A stretch of DNA of 64,000 bases from Moniliella sp. 'wahieum' (lineage: Eukaryota), in the NCBI GenBank assembly GCA_003971905.1, contig RSEE01000048.1:310001-374000 (forward strand). The letters are read 5' to 3'. Positions 25,990 to 38,400 of this stretch are shown here, in pieces. The notes beneath the pieces were generated by a model that was not told the origin of the DNA, searched no databases, and saw only the letters and a list, made by a program, of their open reading frames with translations. The translations under genes were made by a program, and so were the position numbers. How positions within the stretch are numbered: position 1 is the first letter of the stretch; each line of letters opens with the position of its first letter.

Positions 25990-28370
25990 ACCTGCACCTC
26001 ACCATCGCAACCGCTCTGACCCGCCCTCGTGGTTCGATCCCCCCCCCCCCATCCTCCGCGCCCTCCGTTGCAGCCCTTGATCCCCGTCGACCTCCATTCC
26101 CCCAGCCCGCCTGCCTTGCGTTTCCTCGCTCTACTTTGGCAACTTGCTATAGGCATTTGGATCCTGGAGAGGGGCACAGGAAGGATGGTGTGATCAGGTG
26201 CGGGACGCGGAAAGCTTGGCTTAGCTTGGTTATTCGATGAGATAGTTGGTCCCAATCCCTTGATCCTTAGGTGCCACTGTGGCTTTACGCCCCTCTCCCC
26301 TCGCTGTGCCCTGGTGCCAGAGAGCTATTCTCTTGTCCTCCTTGACCTGCTGCTTCGGGGGAACGCTCTTCTCCGCCGCTCTCAACTCCCACTATTCTGC
26401 GAGCCGCAGCACAGTCCCGAATCGAATTGAACTGCCTGTATTCTGAATCTCCTGACCGCCCAAGCAGCGGTTACTCCCTTGGTCGGTTGGTCGTGTGCGC
26501 GTGACTACCTAGTGGCGAGTGAGCCAGTGACTCGGGCCAGGGACGGATGCTGGACCCGCCTGGCTGCAAGGGAAGCGGGCGTGGGAGAGAGTAGGATTGG
26601 ACCCAAGCCGGTATGTAGAACGCGGTGGGGACTGCGGCGGGCGGCGTGGTCGAGCTTCCCCACTCGTATTCGGCCCCAGCCCCGCAGGGACACGAGGAAG
26701 GAGGACGTATCTTAGACCAAAGGGGGATAGCTGTGAGATCTGAGAGCTGAGTGCTGAGCTCAGCGCTGTAAGCTGAGAGCTGAGAGGAAGGAGGGAGCGA
26801 GGCGGAGGCTGGACGGTGATGGGTGTTTCTTGAACGTATATTGTTGTCGCCGCATGCCGCGCGTTTGTCCTCTCTTGGACCCTCCTCTGAGAAGATACCT
26901 ACTACTACAGGTGTGCATATCTCTCCACTAGCTTGTTCGAACCCCTCTCTGGTCCAGGTGGGGCTCAAGGCCGAGAGACTGAGAGCTGTTGAGCTAGCTA
27001 GGAGTTCCGGTTTTCCCTCACCTGTTTTCCTCCTTGTCCCGCAGCTTAACCATTGATGGCGACTCGCTGCTTGATGTTCCTCTGTAGGCATTGATGGTTG
27101 CCACACCACCACCAGTGTGATTGCATTACCCTCGAGGACCATCAGGACTCCAGGTCTCATCAAGAGCTGTGACACTGGCGCCGGTGTATTGATGATCAAC
27201 TGTTAGACCGTAGATCTTTTACCTCAACGTAAGACCGGAGGAACCCAAGGATTTGGGTGTAGAACCGCTGGAAATGTAGAGCAGTGCAATCGCGGTGGTG
27301 GTGGTCGAGGTCTAGGCCTTGTGCCACACCTAGAGGAGACAGGGGTCCGAACAAAAGCCGGAGTATACACGTGGAGGCTCCGGAGGTCAAACAAGGGGCA
27401 AATGGTGATAAGACGCCTTTTGGTCTATGTACGGGACCGTGGTTACAACACTCAACTAGCAACTCCTCAACCAACATCTAAGATCTATCTCACCACCACC
27501 GCCACTGCGTTTCTCCCCTTTTTCAGAGATTCACACACTCTGACCGTTTTTACTCGGGACCGTTTGGGATTCCTTTGGCCTTGCCCCTTCCAGCTTCCAG
27601 CTGCAAGCTTCACATACTTCACAACCACTTCAAGCTCGTCAAGCTCGTCAAGCTTCAAGCCAAGAGGAACTTCAAAAGTGACTGGTGACTAGGTGACTAT
27701 TGGTGACCGTAGGGACCGCAGGGACCGAAAAAGGTGAAATGCACTGCTCTGGGGGTATTCTTCTGATGGTATGGTTTTGGTTGGGGGTGTCGGGGTTGCC
27801 CCTGGAGTTTGGAATTGGCTAGGATGAACGTGATGTGAGTATTATTGAACGTTGAATAGCACACTTGCACACCTAATCGGGGCGATCTCGTGGCGGTGAT
27901 CATCAATCAGCGATCAGCCGCTCAGCCTCAATGCGGTGGAGTCGATGTATGTGAAGCACATGCAAGGATCTGTGATCGATGAGGCGATGTCGATGAGGCC
28001 TCTCGGTTGAGAATTGAGATGAGCGAGCGTTTTGCGGGCCAAAAGGATGAACCAATGTGGGTCCGACGGTCGATCTGGGGGCGGCACGGTGGTGGAGACT
28101 GAATCTGAGTGAGGCAAGTGATGAATAACTAACTGCGAGGGCTGTGAACATGTGAGGCCTGAGGCCCTTACAGCCGATTGCGATCGACAACTGGGAGGTG
28201 CGACGGAGCAGAGGTTCTGGCAAGAGGGGAGGTAGGTATAAATGGGGCCTGGTGGAGTGCGCAGGCGGGCACTATAACGCTACTACGTATTCGAAATAGA
28301 GTCAGTCTCTATAGTCACCTAGTCACACTCAGGAGGTAGTAACTACTAAGTAACTAGTAACCAGTTGTTG

Positions 28371-28417
28371 GGTAACCGGTAACCGGTAAACGGTAAACGT
28401 TAAATGCTAAGCGCTAA
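28371..28417. repeat. Drifting heptamer array with TAA at exact 7-bp phase
   Basis: TAA at 28373, 28380, 28387, 28394, 28401, 28408 and 28415; the four spacer bases change CCGG, CCGG, ACGG, ACGT, ATGC, GCGC. Confidence 0.85.
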
Positions 28418-29287
28418 TAAACGCTACATGCTAACGTGGTGGTGCATTTGCATCGTAGGCCACAGGCGTCGCAGGACATCGGGATCGGAGGCGCTGACGT
28501 TCGATGTACGTGTGCCACTTCCAATTGCCTCGAACGGTACATGGCGGACGGGGCGGCTGAGGAGGGAGGCGTGAGTGTGACTGGGATGCGTGAGGCATGG
28601 CTGATAGGGCTGTCACATGCTTGTCACCGTCACGCGCACAGGATGACACTGTGGCTCAGACACCAACAAACAAACAGGCAGTGCAGGTGTGCGCGGGGCC
28701 GCTGGCGATGGGGGCAGCACGCCGCACTGGGCACTGGACCCCCGCCCACCACGGTGCGATGCGCAATCCAACCTGCCCAATCCAACCCCGTCTCAGATCT
28801 CACTGCCCTGCGCTCTGCTCGCCGCACCAGCGCAGCCCCACCCGCCCCGGCCGTGTCAGAGCATGCGTGGGCGCTCCGCCGCTGATGCACGGGTGAGCAG
28901 CCCTTGCGCCGTCCACAGGCGTGACGGGGAGCGCTCAGTCGCCGTGCCCTCCTGCTGTCTCGCCCATGCGACACGCATGCACCAGGCGCTATCGTATATC
29001 ACCCACACAGTGCTGTGTCCGCCCTGCGCTCAGCTGCCCGGCAGTGAACCGCCCGTGCTGTGCTGCATGTGGCGCTCCCAAGCACACCAGATCCCCCTCT
29101 CCCCAACCGCCGGCGGCCGCCTGCGGGCACCTCAGCTGTCTGCCTCGTCTCCCTCTCCCGGCCTCCCCACGCCGCCCATCGCAATCTGCAAATCATACTT
29201 CTGCCCGCCCCCACCCCCACCCCCACCCGCCTCTCCCTCTCATCGCCCCCGCCCCAGTGTCCCTTGCCGCCTGCTCCTCCCGCCGCC

Positions 29288-30192
29288 ATGCTCGCCGACC
29301 CCACCTTCCCCTCGGCCCTTCCGCCCGCCACCAACGCCCTCGGCCTCCTGTTCGATGCGGCCCCTTCCTGCCACCCCTCTCCCGCCTCTCCGCCTCTCCC
29401 CCCATGTTCTCCCACTTTCCCCCCGCTTACGTCCCGTGTCTTTCCTCCTCCAATCGCCCCCACCTCCCGCACCATCATCGCCACCCGTACCCACCGCACC
29501 CGCACCATCATCAGCAGCCCGTCGCCCATCCCCACGGCGTTTTCCCTTGCCGGGCTTTCTGCTGGTCAATGGGGCGGTCGCGCTCGCAAACAGCCTCCAG
29601 CCCCATTGGCCCTCCGCTTCCCGTCCGGCAGCCAACCATGCCTGCTGAAGACGATTGGGAACCGCTGCCCGTCACCCCAATCAGTGCCACTCGCCGTGGG
29701 CGTGCGTCCTTGGCTGTGCCTGACACGGCAAGCCAGCTCACTTCCATCCCGGGTTCCGACCGCCCAGTGGCGCACGTGTCCCACCCCATCATGTCCTCCA
29801 CGGACTCGGGCTTCTTTGACGAAACGTCCAGCGTCCCCAGCTCTAGCAGTCGCACCACCTCGTTTTCCGCACCATTGTCGGCTCTCTCGATCTCGACGGA
29901 CCGCACCACCCCACCTGCTTCAGCCCAGTCGGGGTGCTTTGACCCCTTCTCGGCCCACAAGACGGTGTCTAGTTTCCCCTTCCCCTTGTTGCCGGGGCAG
30001 AATGGCCCGTGGCACTGGACGCATCCACGGCACCAGCCCCACGCTGCCCCAGCGGGGCCGCCCAACGGCCGCGTGCTCACCCACCACGCTACTCACCCGG
30101 CATTGAAGACCAAGTTTATCCTCACCGAGTCGGACGCGCCTCGGCGCATGCGATTGGTCTCCGACCCCGCTTGTGGCCGGTTGGAAAAGTGA
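29288..30192 (+). CDS. Hypothetical Ser/Pro-rich low-complexity protein with no recognisable domain
   Basis: GCCGCCATG start after a pyrimidine-rich leader. Protein-like segments (EDDWEPLPVTP, STDSGFFDETSS, HPALKTKFILTE) fall in shifting frames. Possible donor GTGAGG at ~30189. Confidence 0.4.
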
Positions 30193-33100
30193 GGAGCTAC
30201 CGACGGTCCCCCCGTATACTTTCTCCTCTATGTTGCTTCGTCTCCCGCGGTTCTCCTCTCTCGTCGGCGTCTCGACCAGGGTCAATTCACCGTCTGCCCT
30301 GTTTCCTGGTCGCGGATTTGATACCTACATGGCCTACACACAACATGCCTGATACCTTTCCGCACCCCTCCACCCTCTTTCTTGCGCCCACACGTACCCA
30401 CCTTTTTGGAAACGGGTCACGTTCGTTAGCGTTTCGCACGTCTCTTCCCCATCTCTGCCTCCCTCTTGGGGACCGTTACCTCTCTCTGTCTCTCCCTCTG
30501 CCGTCCCGCCCGCTTCGTTTTGCCTCGTCTGTGATCTCTCCTGCCTCCTTCCCCTCCGGCGCATGTGCCCGCAACTATAGTATGCTTTTCTTCTCCTCTC
30601 TATATGCTCCTCTTATCCTGTACCCCACATCCCCCACGTGGGAGTGGCGCCCTGCCCCACAGTGCGTAGGTGCGGTATGGTACGCATTGGGGGTATACTC
30701 TGCTGCACAGTAAATAGCTGCCCTGGTCATACCTGTACAGTCTTGCCTATTGCCTCGCTCTCATTCTCTTGCTTTAACCCCGCGCCCGGTACGGCGTCTG
30801 CGTAGATAGGTGCCCCACCCGCGGTCCTGCAGCCATACCCCGTGGCGATCTGCTCTTCGATCTGCGATAGCACGACTGTTCGTTGCAATGGAACGCGCAA
30901 GCCGGACCGGCCGTTTCAAGCATCGAGCTTTGAGTCCCTGTGACATGTGGTTAGTGACTAGTGACTAGTGAGGACTGAGGACTGAGTACAGCAGTGGCAC
31001 ACAGCATGGCTGTGTTAAGCGCACGTTAAGCACGCAAATGGCAGGTGTGCCCAGCAGAACAATGAAGGAAGACACTATATCTTTAAGACCAAGCGCTAAA
31101 CTGCGGATTGAATGGTTCAACAAGGTATTATTATAAGCCAGCCAGGCCCCAGGTTGCATGGGCTCCCCACGCCTCCACCCACATCTGTTTGTGCTAGCAG
31201 GGCCCGCTGCCATATGCGTTTCACGTGGGTCTCTCGCCCCGCCCCCCCTTCCCCTGAGCACCTGAGCAGGTCCGCCGCACTACTAGTCAGTACCTGCGCC
31301 AGGCGCGATCGAGCATTGCGACGGTGAGCTTGGAGGGGTCGCCGCACAGGCTATGCTACTTGCAACGGTGCAACAGGTGTGGAACCCATTTCATGCGCGC
31401 GTTGGCAAGCTCGCCACCTACCTTGAGCTCCCCAAATCGGGTCATGGTTCATGCCTCTGGTAACCGGTAACCGGTAGCCTCGCGAAGTAAAAGTACACAG
31501 CTTCGCCGGATTTTCGTGCAGCGCTGTCCACCGTAATGTCATTGGCACCATCAGCGCATCAGCATGCTTTAGCGCCACCAGCACTCACTAGTAGCGCTGT
31601 AGTGTCGGTGCTGCTTCTGGTAAGATTGGAACAGTGATTTGGATGGTCGAAGCCAATAAGTAACCTTTGTTGTTGCCACATGTCATGCATGTCACCAGGC
31701 TTCCAGCACGGCCCGACAGCTCCTCACTACTCAGACTCAGTGCTCAACACGTGCAACATGAATCAACGCTGCTACAGTAGAAGTGAGCGTGAGTGGGTAG
31801 AACATGCCACAAGCAAGAGGTGCATTCATAGTCTGCAACTCGCTCTCGACTCGTAACACGTAATTTATCAGTTTGCTCTCGTCTTCCGTTATTGCATCTT
31901 TTTTCACTAGTAGAGAGGAGATATGAGAGGGTTGAGTGTCACACCCATCTTCAGTTGGCCCTTACCTCCCCCTTGGGGTCGAAAAGCAGTGTTGATGGTT
32001 CTTGCCTTCTACTAATAACTGGCATGTAGCCCGCACTAGCAGCTGGCCCCGTCTGTCTTGGGTCGGAATGAAACGGCGAATGCGAGAGTGAAGGAATCAG
32101 TACGAAACACTTTTTTGTCACTGAGTCGTTTACGCACCAGTACACACTGAGAGGGGATTGGCAACCTCGCGTTTGGGTGCTTGAGCTCGGCGGGGAGTGC
32201 CTGATGAGGCGTCAAAAAAGAAGGTACAGGCGTGCCAATGTTGGTTTACACAGACCGTGTTACGATGCCGATATTTCGCGCCCGATCCACGGGCAACCCG
32301 AGCACCGTTAGTCGAGGACCCAGGGGATGGGCGAACTATACAAAAGTGAACTAAAACGCCAAGTGAGATCGGTCACAAGCCCACGGCCTAGGCCGATGGG
32401 AGCTTCCGATCTTCCCTCGCGCTCGAAGCACCGCAAGGGCCTTTTCCACTGTGACACAAGGGCCTAAAAGCCACCTAACGAAAGACCAAGGGGGTCTACG
32501 GATACATACCGAAGAAAAATGTAAGACATGGAGAAATGCAATAACATCTTCATTCGATATAACTGTCTCTCTCCTTTGGATGAGCTTCCCCCTCAATACA
32601 CGATGACAGTCGAGTTGATCAAAGGGACGGTTTCAGGAAAAGGCTAAGCATCTGCCAAAAAAAGAGGGGGTTAGGGATTCGTCCATGAGATCTACATTTG
32701 ATGTCTTATATGGCACGTTGCTGTGAACACAGAAGCTTCGCACGGTCCAACTGGCTGAAGATACGTCCAGATCCCAGGGAGAAGAAGAATGCACTGGTAC
32801 TAGGGAAGTGAAAGGCAGTGATAGTAGTGGACATCGATTGCGGGCAAGCGCGATGCAAGTGAAAGCGCAGGGGAGATGGTGAGAAAAGTGAGGAACGAGC
32901 TTCAACCAGATGAAGAGAAAAGATGAGGATCTCGTTGGGCTTCAAAGCAAATCAGGAAGCGTCAGCAGGTGGAAGGAGTAACAGTTTCAAAGCTCTGGGC
33001 AAGGAAGGAGTTCGATCCATCAGAGCCACATTGCCCATCGGCATCCCCACGCTGGCGACCCTTTCGATCAATGTTCACGTAAACCATGGACTTTTGGTGA

Positions 33101-33257
33101 GGGTGCCACGGCATGACACGTACACGCACCCAAGTATACACACGTTTCATCAGTTTTCCTAGAATCCCTCCCCCCCCCCCCCCCCCGATAGCTCACGTCG
33201 AAGGAGAACGAGTGCATTGGTCGGACTGCCCAACGTCCAATCTGAGTCCGACAAGGG

Positions 33258-34004
33258 CTACAGCTTACTCCCATTTTCTTCCACTTGGGCTTGCATCTTC
33301 GCTGCACGGTCGAGGGCGATACGCCACAAGGCATCGTATCCCCGCTCCAACTCTGCAAACCAGCCTGGCGATCCTTCCGGAACGACCAAGTGGGGGGGGA
33401 ATGCAGCGACCGAAACCGTGGGTGCGACCACCTCGGGGCCGAGAAGCTCTTGCAGCTCGTCCGCTACCACGGACCGAGATCTACCGGCAACATGGGTGAC
33501 AAAGGCCAGCCCGGGAAACCGACGCTCGTACAGATCGTTGAGGCGCTCGAGACCTGCGTGCATCAAACAACAGCTCTTTGATCAGCGGGGGTTCGTCGAT
33601 GGTGCAAGCATTGGGTACAAGTGCCTGCTGAATTCAGACAAGGGGACGTACGCGCTAAAGTAGCTGGATCTGCGCCCCCACCACGCAGCTGCTCCTTCCG
33701 ACTCTCTTCACTGATGTTAGACGTGGCGGTGAGGGGGCACCGATCCGCGGGTGACCGCCGACGAGTGTTTTCAACTGATCGAGGGGCCATCGGGGCTCAT
33801 CAACACACTTGCGCGCAACATGGAGCAGGTCAGCAATGTGGTGGGATGGGCGTGGGTGCGCTCCAACGCTTCGTGTGTCTGGCTGGCCAACTTGGGCAAC
33901 AGTGAAGCAGGGCACTCGAGCAGTCGCTTCAGCACTGGCTCCAACGCTTCTGCTGGCAGTTGATCCAAGGACGCGGGCGAGGGAGGTTGCCAGTCCGAAC
34001 TCAT
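33258..34004 (-). CDS. OHCU decarboxylase (2-oxo-4-hydroxy-4-carboxy-5-ureidoimidazoline decarboxylase; urate catabolism)
   Basis: LVGGHPRIGA, SEESRKEQ, ERLNDLYERRFPGLAFVTHVAGRSR, ELERGYDALWRIALDRA. Intron 33554-33651. Confidence 0.88.
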
Positions 34005-34228
34005 GGGGGAGGCTGGCTAGCAATGGAGGGATCGAGGCGAAGATGCAGGGAGAAGAAGGAAGATTTAAGGCAGAAGTAAGATAGGTGCGTGCGAACGGCG
34101 GCTCGGATCCTGTTCCGATATCCCTGACTGTGACCGGCCCGAGCCTGAGGTGTGACTGGCTGACCCCTCTGATATCGCCCGCTAGACGGGGCACAAGGGC
34201 GGAAGCGGAATTGGTGAGATGCGAGGTG

Positions 34229-34245
34229 CAATTTTTTTTTTGGTC
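34229..34245 (+). promoter_or_regulatory. RRPE-like element CAAT10GGTC upstream of BUD20
   Basis: CAATTTTTTTTTTGGTC; an identical 17-mer lies at 35303-35319 upstream of KAP123. Confidence 0.5.
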
Positions 34246-34357
34246 GCCGCTGTTTTGCTGCTTGGCCGCAACCTTTGAGGTTAACCGACCCTCTGACTGT
34301 TCGTTTACGCCCACCTGTTCCCCCCTCTTCAATCGTTGTACCCACCAACTTATCGTG

Positions 34358-34854
34358 ATGGCCGGTCCTCAACGGAGGAAACGTATGAACAATGGCGACC
34401 GCTGTACGTTTCCTACCTTTTCTGTTGGTATTGCGACATACCTCTGACACCTTTTTCTCCCGCAGCCGTCTCCCGCGCCGCCCGCACCCGTCGCCGCCAC
34501 CTGGATGGGGACCAGATCCAGAGCACGCTGCGCGACCCGTCCAAACTCGACAAGGCCCTGAATCCCCGCGAGTTTGATATGGATGTGAAGGGTTTGGGGC
34601 TGTTCTACTGTGTGCACTGCGACCGCCACTTCCCTTCGGAGGTGCACCGTGCTGCGCACCTCAAGTCCAAGCTGCATAAGCGCAAGGCCAAGAAGCTTGA
34701 GACCGAGGAGGCCTACACGGTCGAGGAGGCCAATCGCGCTGCTGGCATGGGCACTGACAACACCCAAAGGAGCAGTGCAGGCTTCACTTTGGCAGGCGCC
34801 ATGGCCAAGGCCAAGGGCACGACGGTTGACGTGGACACGGCAATGAAGGCGTAA
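34358..34854 (+). CDS. BUD20: Zinc-finger pre-60S export factor Bud20/ZNF593
   Basis: MAGPQRRKR..(intron)..RTRRRHLDGDQI; GLGLFYCVHCDRHF..HLKSKLHKRK; AYTVEEANRAAGMG. Confidence 0.93.
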
Positions 34855-35302
34855 TAGTGGGCGTGGCTGTCGCGCCTAGCTTGCTCGCTGCGGCTATCCA
34901 TATCCTGTTTGTACACTATGCATATCTCGTCAGATCATCGACGTTGGAACTCTGGGAGGCAGGCAAGCCTTGGGAAGTTGGGGACGAGAGCGGGAGAGCT
35001 GCTCGGGCGGGACAAAGGAGAACAAATGGGCGGGCAAGTGGTCATCAGATCTTGCAGGAGTTTCCTGCGGCCCCACTGGGTGTTGGGACCCGGAGAGAGT
35101 GGTGCTGCGGGCTTGGTGGCGGATGCGCCGGAGTCTCAATGATTAATCATCCATCAACCCTAGCTAGTCCAAACTGCTGCCGGGCGTCCAGGGCTTGGAG
35201 TGCACGAGGAGGCATGGCGGCAGTGTGTGTTGCGGCAGGTGGGCTGGCAGCGCGTGTCGCCGTGGGGCAGCAGGACTGGCGCTGTGCTGGCCGGCAGGAT
35301 CT

Positions 35303-35319
35303 CAATTTTTTTTTTGGTC
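35303..35319 (+). promoter_or_regulatory. RRPE-like element CAAT10GGTC upstream of KAP123
   Basis: Exact copy of 34229-34245, about 140 bp before ATG 35457. Confidence 0.5.
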
Positions 35320-35456
35320 TGAGCGCTGCGACGAAAGGCGCGCACGAGTCCAACACCTTCTCTCCCTGCTATCACGACCCGACGGGAGCATCTTTGCTGC
35401 ACGAACCCGCCCACCCGATACCCCTCACATTTATCCCTTCTTCCCTTCTGTCCGCT

Positions 35457-38400
35457 ATGGCTGTCGACCCCCAGTTTGTTGCGAGCATCAACCAACTGCT
35501 CCAGAGCACCCTCTGCCCGACACCACACTGTCAAGGCTGTACGTACCCTCCTCATCGATCGCTCTTCTCTCGCTGCCGTTTCCCTGTTCCTTCATTGACA
35601 TACTCCATAGGCAACCGAGGGCCTCCAAGCGCAGTACAAGAATTCGGCTTTCGTGCCTGCCCTCTTCCAGATCCTTGTGACCTCGACCGAGACCGGTGTG
35701 CGCCAGCTGGCGGCGGTCGAGCTGCGCAAGCGGATCTCGAAGAGCGGCAAGGCATGGAAGGGCCAATCGGATGAAGTTCGTGCGGCCATCAAGTCTCAGG
35801 TCCTTGAGATTGTCAAGGATGAGCCGAACAGTTCTGTGCGCAACGCCTCGTCCCGCGTTGTTTGCGAAATTGCGCGCCGCGAACTCCCCCAGAACACCTG
35901 GCCCGAGCTGCTCCTTTCCTCTTTGCGGCCGGAGAACAAGGTAATGCTACTCAACGTCAAGCAGCTATCTTTGTTTTCGTCATCCTGCTCGAATCTTTCG
36001 GTGACGACGATGTGTTTGTGAGCCAGATGCCCCAGTTGATGCAATTGTTCAGCAAGACGATCAACGATCCCGAGTCGCTTGAGGTTCGGGTTACCACGGT
36101 CCGTGCGCTCGGCAAGATTGCTGAACTGCTGGACGATGATGATGAATCTGGAATGGCTGCAATTCAGTCTGCTATTCCCCAGATGGTTCAAGTTCTCCAA
36201 CAATGCCTCGAGGCTGGTAATGCCGAGGGCGTGAACGCTATTACGGATGTGTTTGACACCTTCCTGCTCTCGGATCTCCCCATTATCAACCAGTTCCTTG
36301 GTGACCTGATGACCTTCTACCTCACTGCTGGTGCGCGCGAAGATTACGAGGATGAGATGCGCGAGGCGGTGCTCAACTCTGTGATTTGGGCCATCACGTC
36401 CAAGCGCCAGAAGATCCAGCACTTCCACCTCGCCAAGACCATGATCCCTCAAGCAATGGCCATTCTCCCCACTGGCGACTTTGACGACGATAGACCAACC
36501 CCGCCGTTCTTTCTCTGCGTATTCTCGATACGATGGCCACCGAGCTTCCCCCGTCGAACGTATGGCCTCCTCTGCTTGAGCAGCTGCAAGCCTTTGTCCA
36601 AAGCCCCGACTCTGCTCACCGTGCTGCCGCCCTGTTCGCCCTTGGTGTGACGTGCGAGGGTCTCTCGGAGACGCTTCGCCCTCAGATGGATTTGGTGTGG
36701 CAGTTTGTCAACGCTGGTCTCAATGACCCCGATGCACGGGTCCGTCGCGGCGCGGCGATGGCGATCGCTTACCTCTGCGACCAACTCGGCGACGAGATTG
36801 TCAAGCATCACCCGGTTATCATGCCTGCGTTGATGCAAATGATTGCCAACCCCAGACCCAGCGGGATGCGACGCGGTCTTTGGATCGCTTCCTGGAGAGC
36901 CTGGGTGACGAGATCAAGCAGTACCTCCAGCCCGTCATGGAGACACTGGCTGGGTACATTGACACTGTGCCTCTTGACATCAAGAAGTCGCTCATTGGTG
37001 CGATTGGCTCAGCGGCGCATGCCTCCAAGCGCGACTTTTGCCCTACTTCCCTGGTGTCATGGCTAAGCTCACGCCGTTTTTGCAGCTCAAAGACACGACC
37101 AACACAGAGCAGATGGAGTTCCGTGCCATTACCCAACACCATTGGTACTTTTGCCGATGCTGTTGGCCCCGAACACTTCCGTCCTTACTTTGCCGACACG
37201 ATGGCCATTGCTTACGATGCGTTCGAGCTGAACCAGCCCAGCCTTCGGGAGTGCTCTTTCATCTTCTTTGGTGCGATGGCCAAGATCTTTGGCGAAGAAT
37301 TCAGCCAGTTCCTGCCCCAAATTGCCCCCAAGCTTTTGGAAAGCTTGCGCCAGCGCGAGCACGATCCCGTGCCTGGTGCCTCTGGCGATGGCACTATTTC
37401 TGGCCTGGAGGGCGCTACTGCGCAGGCCCTGTTGGCTGGCACTCAAGATGAGGATGACGACGATGGTTCGTCGACCTGGATGACCTTAACGAGATCTTTG
37501 TTCGGTCTCGTCGGCTATCGCGATCGAGAAGGAAGTGGCCGCCGACTCGGTTGGTGAGATCTTCCAGTACACCAAGGCGGGCTTCCTTCCCTATCTTCAG
37601 GACGCGGTCCAAGAGCTTGTTAGCCTCCTGCAACATTACAGCTCTGACATTCGCAAGGCTGCCCTTGCCTCGCTCTTCACTGCCATCACCACCCTCAACA
37701 CTATCGAGAAGCCGGCCGACTGGCTCCCTGGAATCAACGTGCCCGTGCCCATCTCGTCCGAGTGTGCAGCAGTTGATCGACGTGGTCATGCCCAACACGC
37801 TGCTGATGTGGACCGATGAGGATGATCGGTAAGTACAGATTGCTCTTTTGTCACTTCCCTTTGGGATGACAAACTTATCTCAGCTCACACCTAGTGGTGG
37901 AATAGGACCACTGCAGTGTGGAAAACCTACGTGGAAAATCTGACTTGTTACTGTGCCCTTGGTGCTTTGTTACTGACCCCCTCTTTTTTCCCCAGCGCCG
38001 TCGCGACGCAACTATGCGAGTCCTTGGCTGAAACGCTGAAGGAAGTCGGGCCTGCTGTCATTGCCAAGCAAACCAGCGAGGTGGCGGACATTGCCATGAG
38101 CATCCTTGAGAAGAAGTCCGGTGCCCAGTCTCCGAGCGAGGATGAGGAGCCGGAGGAGGACAGCTCCGAATACGAGAACCTGCTCATCTCGACCGCCATG
38201 GACCTTGTGGGCGCTATGGCTGACACGCTGGGCGCCGACTTCCAGCAGCCTCTGCAGTCATTCCTGCCCCAGATCACCAAGTATTACGCGCCGGGCAAAG
38301 TTCTCGCCGAGCGGGCGGCCGCGACTTCGGCCCTCGGCACCCTGCCGGTGGGCATGAAGGAAAACATTACGCCTTTTACCACCCCTATGCTCACCATGCT

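Noticed and set aside
33170..33186. Poly-C17 tract as a G-quadruplex element
   Set aside because: Homopolymer length is unreliable in this assembly, similar G/C runs are scattered throughout, and there is no specific support.
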